Assembly (NCBI GenBank): GCA_021432655.1
Contig: MU271437.1
Span: 46,059 to 66,058 of the forward strand
Direction: 5' to 3'
DNA from: Atractiella rhizophila
Lineage: Eukaryota
Length of the DNA stretch: 20,000 nucleotides
Made by a program: the position numbers and the translations under genes. Positions 1 to 9,849 of this stretch are shown one piece after another (the stretch's first letter is position 1; each line of letters opens with the position of its first letter). A model generated the notes under the pieces. That model saw nothing but the letters and a program-made list of their open reading frames with translations. It made no database searches and was not told where the DNA came from.

Positions 1-1102
1 GGTCTCTTGGACTTCACACTGTTCATGTGTCTGGCCTGGCTCAAATTCGACCCGAAGACTTGTGACAAAATTTATCTTATCAAACCAGTTGGTGGCATTG
101 CTGTCTTTTGTGCGTCCCCATTCGTGTTTCAAGAGAATCCCTGACGCATTGTAACCGCAGTGAGTTCCGAGTTCCTGGTTGCTGCAAGGGTATGGGCAAT
201 ATGGGCGCGTCGACGATGGATCCCTTGGTTCTTTGGTATATTTGCAGCAACCGGTTCCGCACTTGAGATCTGGCACTGGTTCCGAACAAGCCACTGCATT
301 TGTATGTTTTTTAATTCGGAAGAGAGAGGCTGACAGATTTGAAAGGCCCGATGGGTTGAGAGGGTGCTTCTCTATCGGAGGAGGTCAGAGGTAATTTGTT
401 GTCACGTCAGTCTGGCATGAACGAAGCTGATGGTCGACTTGACAAAGCTACCTCAGGGTTTTTTGGTCCGTGCCAGCGACGAGTTGTGAATTCCATGGTT
501 GCTGATATCATGGCAGTACAGGATGCCGATTCTCCTCTATGATACGACAGCAACCATATTTATGATCATGTCCGTCACCGTCACTTAATTCCCCCCTTTG
601 ACATATTGCTAAGTCGTCAGTAGACCACTCATCAATCACTGGCGCAACGGCCCTCGTACACATCTGGTTTCAGTCTTCTTCCGCCATGGCATCCTCTACT
701 TCATCGTCGTAACCGTTTGCAACCTGATCAATGCGATTTACTTCAGGTTTATATTTTACCTTTTCGCTACCGTTCATGCAGCTGACCAAACCACAAAACA
801 GCATCCCTAATACATCCAACCCACTGCTCAATGCATATCTTGCCCTAGCTTTCACGCAGATTATGACTTCTCGTCTTGTTCTCCACCTTCGATCTGCTTC
901 TCACTCCAACCCCCAGGAGGGAGGCAGCACTGCTCAAAGTGGATCCCACAGACGTAGTAACTTTCCCCCAAAGTTTGGGATTCCTAACAAAAGCGATGTA
1001 CCTGAAGAAGTGGAAAGGCATCCCCAGAGAGGGGGGGGACTCGTGGAGGAGGGGTTCCCGGTTGATTATGCAAATGTCGTGATCACCGTTGAATCCGTGT
1101 AA
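1..1102 (+). CDS. DUF6533-type fungal multi-pass membrane protein, 5'-partial, multi-exon; apparent 1-bp frameshift near 272 (possible pseudogene)
   Basis: Manual splicing (GT donors at 110, 302 and further downstream) gives GLLDFTLFMCLAWLKFDPKTCDKIYLIKPVGGIAVF / LSSEFLVAARVWAIWARRRWIPWFFG / MPILLYDTTATIFM / FFRHGILYFIVVTVCNLINAIYF / QIMTSRLVLHLRSA. RVWAIW, xGILYF and SRLVLHLR are typical of this basidiomycete family. The exons are colinear with the paralog at 15551-17215. Confidence 0.8.
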
Positions 1103-1881
1103 ATGGGCGATATCGAGAAGAGGTCCGTCTATTGCTCATCGTTACATGTTGAGTCAAGATCATGATGGCAAGACAGGGTTGCAGCTGTGAAGGGTGCCCA
1201 TGCTGATGACCATGAGACTGCAGTTTGCCAGGACATCTGTTGCGGGGGAAATGAGCAAACTTGCTTTGGGTTTGAGGCTTGTAGGTGTTATACCGTGTTA
1301 TTTGATAATTACTCATCTGTCATTCCCTGCAGTGATTTGTATCTGGACAACAGTATAATTTAGCTATACCACTTATTCTAAACCGACATCTCGCTCGATA
1401 GGATGAATTTAGGTTGACATGGATGTACTATTGTTGCGAATACTAAATGCGGCAAACTGGTCGCCCCCAGGGGTTTGCTTAAGCGGCTGGAGACCGCGAG
1501 CGAAAAATGGTTTTGCGCATAAATTTTGAGAAAATTTGCAGCCAAAAAGCTGTCAAAACTGGTCGGTCGGACAAGTTTCATCGCCGACTAACTCCGAACC
1601 CAGTGTTCTGCTACCAGTTTTAACCCCAGCGGTCTCCAATCTGCTAACAACTCCACCGACCTCATCATGCCGTGGGTCGCATTCATCTCCTGTGACGACA
1701 ATATCACCTCCTTTGATCCAACCACTCCGAACAATACAAACTTGAACATCGTCACCCTCGCGAAGCGAAAAGGCGCAACAGCTGTTGTCCTCTACAGCTC
1801 GCAGAACGAGACTCGCATCGTCAATCCCAATTATCTCGCGGGTTTCGACCAGACCCAAGATAGCATTATGGTGGTGGGAGT

Positions 1882-2033
1882 TGTCAGAGTTTGGCACCGT
1901 TTTAAGCTGCATTCATGCCACTGTCATTTGTGGCTCTAGTTTTCTTTCCCCTTTGCCGTTTCCCTCATTTTGCCTATAAAAAGCCCATTGTAACTTCATT
2001 GTAATTCATTCCTTTCGACCCTTGGAATCAACA
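1882..2033. mobile_element. Solo LTR, 152 bp (retrotransposon remnant, possibly Copia-like)
   Basis: Begins TGTCAGA and ends TCAACA (TG...CA). Flanked by an exact 5-bp direct repeat GGAGT at 1877-1881 and 2034-2038. Internal TATAAAA near 1975. Removing it plus one TSD restores the frame (DSIMVVGVMTDLKNTRLVEGQF). Confidence 0.8.
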
Positions 2034-2390
2034 GGAGTGATGACGGATTTGAAGAATACAAGATTGGTGGAAGGACAGTTCGCGTACGTTTGCGTCCTCT
2101 ACTGACGAGGCCTCCCTGTCGGCTGCTTCTGCCAGCCGCTTCCCCAACTGCCAGCTCTCTGACGAAGAAGCTGACAACTCTCAACATGTTGCCGAACCAT
2201 CGCTTTGTCGGCAAGTTTCTCCATCCAATGCCAGCAGGCCCCCTCTTCCTCCTCTGCGTGCTTGCCTCCATGAACTCCGCCCTGGCACAGGGGAATGGGA
2301 CGGATAATACCATTCCGAACCAGGGAAACGATGGGAACAAATGCGGACCGAATACCTCTTTGGCCATGATCATCCTCTATGCGATCACGG

Positions 2391-2422
2391 GTTGTGTCAC
2401 TTTCATGTTGTGTCACTTTCAT
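2391..2422 (+). repeat. Exact 16-bp tandem duplication GTTGTGTCACTTTCAT x2, causing a frameshift
   Basis: Copies at 2391-2406 and 2407-2422. Deleting one joins ORF 2090-2473 to ORF 2379-2978 as AITGCVTFMFIIVV. Confidence 0.9.
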
Positions 2423-4253
2423 GTTCATCATCGTCGTCATGTTTGGCGTCATTCATGCCATCAGACATCCTGATCGCTATGGTCCCAGGGGGGCAGGTGC
2501 GGCTGGAGGGAGAGATGGCCAAACCGTAGCTAGGGCGTTGACGAGGGCTATTCTGGATACTTTCCCCGTCGTCAAGTTCGGACGGACGAGTGAGGATGGA
2601 GGTACGAGGAGGGATGCGGAGTCTTCAATCGGAGAAGTCGCGGAACAGGCGAAGAAGTCAGTCACAACCATGGAATTGGCGGATTTGAAGAAGGCAGATG
2701 GGGTTAATGGAGAGATGGCGGATGGAACGAAGAAGGGGGGAGGGAAGTCGGAGAGGGCGTCAGAGTCCATTGAGCCTGAGGTCACGGCTGTTGATGTCCA
2801 TCATCTCGATGTACAACATCTCTCTTCTGAACCCGAAATCGAAGTCGCCTTCACCGCCACCGATGCTGCCGCCTCGGAGGACTCGAAAGGGAAGCGCAGA
2901 TCGATGTCTCCTCCGCCAACCACAGCAGCAGTGACGACGACAGGCCCAGCGACAGATCATCGTAAAAAGCTTTACTGACTGACCAACATTGATCAGGCCA
3001 TCGGCGCCGTCAGGGCTCGGCTAAGTGACCGTGAGTGACCAGCTAGTCAATACCCCGAGATTGTGTGATCAGAAGCGCATCAGAAACTCTAGGCGGCTCG
3101 ATCAGGCACATTTCAAGTAGTGCTCAGGGAACAAGGAGTTGTGGTCAGCAGCACGTCAGTAATCATATGCAATTGTATCAGCTTAGTCTCAGTCAGTGAG
3201 CAGATAGTAGGGAGTTGTGATTGGAAGTGTATCAAGAAATGACCAAAGCTGTATCAAGTCCGATTCAGCTGGTGATCAGGTCGGCGGGAGCAGCGGAGGG
3301 ATGTTTGTCAGGTTGGCTTGTGCTGGATGAGTGCCTTCTTGTTCGAGTGCAAGTCGACCGATAGTAATGGATTGCAGCATGCGTACATACACTCCATTTC
3401 CCTCCATCTAAAACACTCCCAAACCCACACAGCTCGTGAACCCTGCCTCTTACATTATCACGATCCGTCTCTCCGCTTTCTATACTCGTGGCACATCTCA
3501 CGGTGGGCATCGACGATTAAACATCGGTCGCAGGGGGTGTGCTGTGATAGGAGGGAGCGGTGCATAGAGATGCTAGCCTGGATGCTGGCGGGGACCGGGT
3601 GGAGAGCAGGCGGGCATGAAAACAGGGACAGGAACAAAAGTGAGTGAGTTAAAAGACAGAGAGACGAGTAGGAAGGGGAAGAGGGAAGGAACATACCGCT
3701 GTCAGATTTCCTGCAGTCCACCGCAACCCTCCCCACATTTCTCAGAAGCGAAGTGATGAGAAGGAAGACAAGTCAGGGACACATGCATGTTTGTCTCAAT
3801 TTGCCGTGTAAATATGAATGCCGCGGCAGCAGAAGGCGACAGGCATTCCGGAGCGGATGACAATGTGTTTCTTCCAAAACAAGACGGCTGAGCAAAATGA
3901 CTTGCCATGTCGCTGCATTCATGTTCAAACCTCCACAATGCTCATATTCTCGACAAATTGTGATTCAAAATGACAAAGACATGCAGTAGCAAGAGTGCTC
4001 CTGAAGCTTACTGCGTCACTTTCCGCTCAAAATAAGCAGGGAGCGCTTGAAATCTGACGTGACACTCCGTAGCTTTTCAAATTCAGAGTTCATTAACATT
4101 CCTCTCCTCTCAGAAGAGTTTGCTTCATCCAAACACAGACGACAAAAGCACTCACTTGCTCAGTTCAAGTCTCAAACACCGCCTAATTTTATATCCTCTA
4201 ACCACCTATTTCATTATTCAAAGTCAATACAGCGTGAGACTGTGAGATGCAGC

Positions 4254-4279
4254 AGAGAGAGAGAGAGAGAGAGAGAGAG
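4254..4279 (+). repeat. (AG)13 microsatellite
   Basis: Read directly from the sequence. Confidence 0.95.
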
Positions 4280-5095
4280 TAAATGTTGGCGGTTTGCTGC
4301 TTGGTTTTGTCTTCCTTTTGCCACCGGCGGCCGGATTTCGAACTTTGGTGTTTTCGCCAACTTCAAATCCATAACCTGTTTGCCATCGTTCACTGATTTT
4401 CTTTGCTCGCTAGGGTCGCCGTTGAAACAAGGGAGGGATGGGTGCGATAAAGAGGTCCACCTTCATTGGGGACAATAACTTTGGCCAGCTCTTGCAGTTC
4501 AAGTTGCGGTCTGATGTTGCAAAAGTTGGCAAAGAACCCACAAGAGGCTACTTCCCCTTCGAGTCCGTCGCCAGTTCGAGCACAATGCTAAGAGCAATGG
4601 CTCCTCATACTGCATTGCCGAAATGACAGAGCTTACAGTATCATTTCATTGTCGTATGCATTTGTAATGTTACTGACTTCTGTTTTGCATTGAGAACAGT
4701 CTCCTCGCTCTCCGTCATTCCCTCTCCAGCCATCCTGTTTCCCTATCCGTCTCTCCATCCTCAGTACATTTGTCAATGGCACGATGCACTCCTGCCACTC
4801 AACTAATGATCATTAAATTCAACAACGGCTGATGCGAAACAGAACCAGATGAGGTACTTCGGCTGAGGGAGGGAGGGCGGTAGTAAGAATATGTTGGTGC
4901 GTTATAGCATTGTACTCATGGCTAGTGTAGCGGGACATAGAACCATTACTGTAATCAACTCTTTCATCCCCATGTTGCCCCCTTCCTTTGAGATATGAGC
5001 TATCTTTCATTCACAAAATTGAATAATATTAACATAAAAATAGACAAGAATATGCTATCTACAATACTTTTGCTATGTGCTTGTAAGAGATGTTT

Positions 5096-6574
5096 CTATT
5101 CTTCAACTTCTTCCTCCTCCGGGTTGAAGTCAACTTCAAATCCTTCTAAAATATCTGCGTCGCTTGTACCATGGTGTGGTGTGGAAGAATCCCTTTCAGC
5201 ATTGTCCTGTGGAAAGACTTCCTTATTCCATATAGAGATAAGGTCCGTAAATTTGTCCTCATGCTGTGCTCGGATGGTTGAGAGGAGTTTGACCGTTCTT
5301 TCGAAATGTTGTCGATAGTCGTTGACTTCTGTTGTACCCCGTTTGATGGGTACTGTCCCTTCGGCAGAAAAAGCTACATCGCCGCTAAGCGCATATCGAG
5401 CCTTCTGGAGCGTGAACATTGTGTTATTTTAAGCATGGATGGGGACATACCAAAGTGGAGGAATAAGCCATCAATGGAATTGTTATTTGATGGATTGACA
5501 GGTTGCTTCCCATGGTTGCTCCGCAAGCATGAAGATTTACACTTGTGATCGTGGCAGGTCCATGAACAATGATGCGTGCAATCTTCAATTTGTAATCAGC
5601 AGTTGCTTGGGACAAAAGGGATTCTTACTCTGAAGAGAGCTGGGGAACGAAGATACGCAGCAGCCTTGATGGCTTTTTGGTGCGAGCTAGTGCCTCGAGC
5701 AGGGACTTCGTAAGCAGCATAAATGTAACTTTCGTGGTTGATATGTCGCTGGATTTCTTCATCTTCTTGATGATTTTTTTGGATCTTCAATTCTGCAGAC
5801 GTCGAAGATTTGATTTCGAAGATGTCAACAAGATTATTGCGCATTCTAATAGCATTGTCGCTTTTCTGTTCAGCAAGACCGCGTTGTACCTAGAGCTCAA
5901 TATCAGAATGCAGCATTACATTGAGTGAAAGTAAATACTTCACTCTGGAACCAGGCACTGCTGTGCCATTGAACAGCTTCAGGCGGAAGCTGCCCAAAGA
6001 TGAATTTGAGGAAGTCAGACTTCCGGTACTGACGACGGACCTCGTATTCTTGATTCCTTCGCTGCCTATCTCTTCTCTCTTCACTATCTTCTTCCTCTCC
6101 ACCTTCATCATCATCAGATACCACATCTGGTTCCGCATCTTGTGGATATTCTGAGGTGTCTGATCGTTTGGCAAAGACACTCTCAAGATGTGTTGGCCAA
6201 GGATGGTAGAGGAGCACCGCAGCCTTGCCAGCACGATAAACTTGAACTTTGGCTAGTTTAGAAGGTGCAGAAGGGATGACCCGAGTAGAGCGACGTCTTT
6301 TAGAGGGAGGTTCATCTGAATGAAGCTGCTCTCTGTCACTGCTTCAAGCTCTTCTTGCATTTGGGCGCGCTCTTCTCCCCAGGTCTGCTCGTTTTCCTCT
6401 GCTCTTGCCACAGCTTCTTGTAGCAACATTAATTCTCGATGTGCATCATTACGCTACAAACATGTCGTCCACTCCGTTCCTTGCTGAACAAAAGAAATGG
6501 CGCACCTGCCGCTTCAGAGCCCTGTACAGCTCCCTGTAATCTTTCCTCTGTGGTCTATTTTCTTGGTCTGACAT
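5096..6574 (-). pseudogene. DUF6698-like basidiomycete hypothetical protein, multi-exon, one apparent frameshift near 6331
   Basis: ATG at 6574 (MSDQENRPQRK), with TATAAAA at 6615-6621 on the minus strand. Spliced peptides: coiled-coil-like N-terminus, VYRAGKAAVLLYHPW, VQRGLAEQKSDNAIRMR, YLRSPALFR/IARIIVHGPATI, ITIPLMAYSSTL/ARYALSGD...LISIWNKEVFP, acidic tail. These resemble the recalled DUF6698 motifs (IAY..Q.RFALS...WWN..VF). Confidence 0.6.
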
Positions 6575-6720
6575 TTGCCCTTGAATGTTGTGCTGGGGAG
6601 AAAGAGTTGTGGGCTTTTATAGCCATAAGAAGAAGGTAAACAAGAATGACGTCATGACCTCAAGACGTGTCTGCTGTTCTCGTCATGACGAACAAGTTAT
6701 TATTTCTCCATCAAACGACC
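6575..6720. promoter_or_regulatory. Putative bidirectional promoter between the DUF6698-like gene and the Plavaka transposase
   Basis: 146 bp between divergent ATGs. Contains a minus-strand TATA (6615-6621), the palindrome ATGACGTCAT (6646-6655, CRE/ATF consensus) and the palindrome TCGTCATGACGA (6680-6691). Confidence 0.5.
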
Positions 6721-8003
6721 ATGGCTCCTCAAAACACAAAAGTAAACACAATCAATACCTTACCCGCTGGGAAAGTAGAATGCCCTGACTGCCACAAAGT
6801 GTTTTCTTTCGCCAAAGGCAGCATTAAAAGACATCGTGCACTCCAGCACCCAAAGCCTGCTCAGCGAGCAGGCTGGAAACCCATCAAGCTTGATGGAAGG
6901 CATGTTGGAATATTGTCTGAGAATGTGAGTACACTTTCTTCATCATTTCATATTGCTGATAATTGAAGCAAGGATATCCCCAACTCAGATGGTTCCGAAT
7001 CAAATAATGAGGAGGATAATTCGAAGGACGGCACTTGCTCTGGGGTTCACCACCAACGTGATCGTGTGTCCAACTTGTTTTCAGCTTCCTTAAGAACACA
7101 CTACTGACATGTGCACTTATTGAAGAGGCTTTCAACGCATCACAACCCCACCAATCTCCGGATCCGTCCATACCAACGACCTTGCCTCTCTCATATTCAT
7201 CATCCAATCCAGTTTCCACTCCAACCTCCTCGTTATCTGACAATGAGGAATGGGACACAGCACTTCTACAAGAACTGGGTGGCCCGTATTTCCAGCTTCT
7301 TCATCCAGATTCACTTTCTACAACTCCATTTTCGTACCATTGCCACCACGCTCCTTTCAAATCCACTAGTACAAGAGAATTATCTCCCTATCATCCCTTT
7401 AAAACCGAAGCTGACTTCGATATGGGATCTCATGTCTTTCATCAAGGAATGACACAACGGGACACTACGGCATACTTTCGCAACCTCAAGAAGCACGGCC
7501 TACCGCACTTTACACTCGACTCCTTCAAAGATCTTAGAGAAACACCCAAGAAGGACAGGATGAGTGTCACCACTGAGGTGCGTCGTTTTATTAAACACGA
7601 TGCATTGACTTATGCCGGTTAGTTTCAAGAACACCTGATTTCGGCTGAGTTTGATGGAAAAGTGATACAACATCGTATATTTCTTCGAGATCCAATTGAT
7701 ATTATGAAGGAAGTGATTCGGGACGACTCCACCCGCCAGCATATGCAGTTTTACCCTGTCAAAAAGTTCAAAAGGACTGGGAACCCGCCATTCCGCAAGG
7801 TGAGGGCATATGATGAGCTGTGGACTACTAAGCGCTGGTGGAAGCTTCAAGTGAGTCTTCTTCATGTTATTCACTCACAAGAGTATCATACTCAAATGTT
7901 CTCAGGACTTGTTACCCAATCACAACGGGTGCATTGGTGCCATCATCCTATATTCGGATGGGACGAACGCAGTGAAATTCGGACAAAAGACAGTTCACCC
8001 AAT
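6721..8003 (+). mobile_element. Plavaka-family transposase with N-terminal C2H2 zinc finger, intron-containing, 3'-truncated
   Basis: C2H2 finger VECPDCHKVFSFAKGSIKRHRALQH, then SPYHPFKTEADFDMG, LRDPIDIMKEVIRD...MQFYPVK...RAYDELWTTKRWWKLQ / LLPNHNGCIGAIILYSDGTNAVKFGQKTVHPI. These match the Plavaka motifs (PF...DF; RDP; Y.E.WT..WW..Q; IILYSDxT). Similarity stops at ~8003, just after the first catalytic Asp. Confidence 0.85.
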
Positions 8004-8274
8004 CTCATTTCCCTCTTCCCTCTTGTTCCCTCCACCTGCATTGGCCTACTCCATTCCACTTCATGGCGGCTCTTCATGTTCATGTTCAAGTACCCCTTAA
8101 CATCGTAGGACAATAGGACAGGATGGGATGAGGACGAAAAAAATGATCTGGCGATGATGTAAAAGCTTGCTGGGGACGGACGACTCCCATCCCTATGAAC
8201 TGTGGACGACTTTACCTCAACTGTGTCTCTCGGAAGATCCCTGTGCCTGCACTTCAAGGCACTACTAACCAGGA

Positions 8275-8490
8275 TCAGCTGTCCCTATGCATCCTAAGGA
8301 AGCGAAGATGCTTGTCAATGTGCCATGAGCCTGCGGAGGAACCAAAATCTTCGACAACAAGTCTTCCTTGCTGAAATGTTCCATCTCCGTTGTTCACCGA
8401 TACCAAGACGCCAGCCTCACCAAATGCCATAATGTTGGCTTTCCCGCTACCGGTCATTTAGCCAGGAGTCGAATGTGCTTCTAGACACGC
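8275..8490 (-). pseudogene. Fragment (about one blade) of a PVL/AAL2-type GlcNAc-binding beta-propeller lectin (FG-GAP-like repeat)
   Basis: RV*KHIRLLA[frameshift]MTGSGKANIMAFGEAGVLVSVNNGDGTFQQGRLVVEDFGSSAGSWHIDKHLRFL matches the Psathyrella velutina lectin repeat (D.TGDG.ADIVGFG..GV.VS.NNG.GTF...DFG..AG.W.V.KH.R.L). It contains a stop and a 1-bp deletion. Confidence 0.75.
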
Positions 8491-9109
8491 TGCTCTCTAG
8501 CCCCTATCAAAAGTGCATTCCTGTTTCTCCCTGCTTTGCCTTATTTTGCAGCAAATCACAACGTTTCACAACAATATTCCACATTTTTGTGCACTAAAGC
8601 AAACAGACAACAGAACCCAAAATTTGCTCAAGAGCTGGGACGGAAAATGTTGGAATTTCCTGACTTGTAAGCAAAATGTAAGTGTCTCACGTTCACATTC
8701 ACCCTTTGAGAAAGTTGGGCAGAATTGTCATTCTGGAAATCTTTTGGCAAACTGGTCGCCCCGTGGGTTTTGTACTCAATTTCGTAGAGATTTGCGCCAC
8801 ATTGGGCTGCAAACACAAAAGTGGTCACCTTGAACTCGAATATTCTTGAACGCAAAAATGTTGTAATGATTAACGATTCATCTTGAATACAATTTAGACT
8901 AATCCAGTGTCTATGAAATGGAATGTGTCTGTCTCTGAAGCATAAAATAAAATAAAAGATATAGGTATATGGAAACTTGAAATGTAATCACACCTTCCGA
9001 CATCAATACCCAATGTGTTTCCTGTTAAGTAGCTTGAACGTAACGTATGTGATGCTGTTGTTGCCCTATATAACATGTAATAACTATGAGTGAACATTAA
9101 AAAGCGGAG

Positions 9110-9590
9110 CAAAAAGTACTCACCTCTATAAATCAAAAATACAATTTGCTATTACTTCAGCATTATCCATTACATTTCAGGAGTGAGTAGGGTGAACGCA
9201 AGGCCTGAGAACCAGCTACAACGATGTAGAATTCGTAGTAAGAATGAGTTAATATCATAAAGTGGAGGAAAAAATACACACCTCTTGTATATCAAAAATG
9301 CAATCCCCTATTAGCTTCGCCATTATTCATCATATTTTAGACGTAAGCAGCACTAATGGGCGTCCTGTGTTGTAGCTTCACCGACGTTTAATGTGTATTG
9401 AGAATGAGCAAATATTAAAAAAGAAAGGACACAATACACACCGCATATATATCAAAACATGCAATTCCCCATTGCTTCATCATTATCCATTGTATCTCAG
9501 GCCTGATTATGTCAAATGCAAGGCCTGAGAGCTAGCTATCACGACGTATAAGGATTATTAGCATTGAAGGGATGTTAACAAGCAGAGCAT
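9110..9590. repeat. Three diverged ~160-bp tandem repeats
   Basis: The anchor ATCAAAA recurs at 9132, 9291 and 9451 (spacing 159 and 160). Each is preceded by TAC(T/A)CACC and followed by CAAT...GCTTC/ACTTC..CATTAT(C/T)CAT. GCAAGGCCTGAGA is shared by units 1 and 3. Confidence 0.8.
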
Positions 9591-9849
9591 CAACTCACAT
9601 TATTTACATCGTCCAACTGCGCAACAGTACATTCAGTTCTCTTGCAACTACAGTTGTAATTGATCAAATAAAAGCTCAAAATTTGCCTTTGCTTTAGAAT
9701 AGTTGACGCAATCTTTATAAAAATTCCGAAAGTGGGGGCTGGTGCATTATTTGTCCCAGACTGAAAATCACAAAAGATATCCATTCGCATCTGACTACTC
9801 ACTAAGTAAATCACTACTTTCTCTTCCCCACTCCAATATGCAACCTTTC

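Larger units (their letters stand above)
1643..2978 (+). pseudogene. PA-domain / transmembrane RING-type E3 ligase (PA-TM-RING, RNF13/Goliath-like architecture), disrupted and lacking the RING domain
   Basis: PA-like VAFISCDDN...AKRKGATAVVLYS, TM segment NTSLAMIILYAITGCVTFMFIIVVMFGVIHAIRHPDRYGPR, then LTRAILDTFPVVKFG. Interrupted by a solo LTR (1882-2033) and frameshifted by a 16-bp duplication (2391-2422). Ends at 2978 with no CxxC RING. No 5' end is recognisable. Confidence 0.8.

Noticed and set aside
2980..5090. Short ORFs (3318-3647, 4047-4478 and others) as genes
   Set aside because: No recognisable motifs and one spans the AG microsatellite; probably non-coding TE-internal sequence.
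9110..9590. CRISPR-like array
   Set aside because: Eukaryotic context, and similarity runs along the whole ~160-bp unit with no conserved repeat/unique spacer structure.
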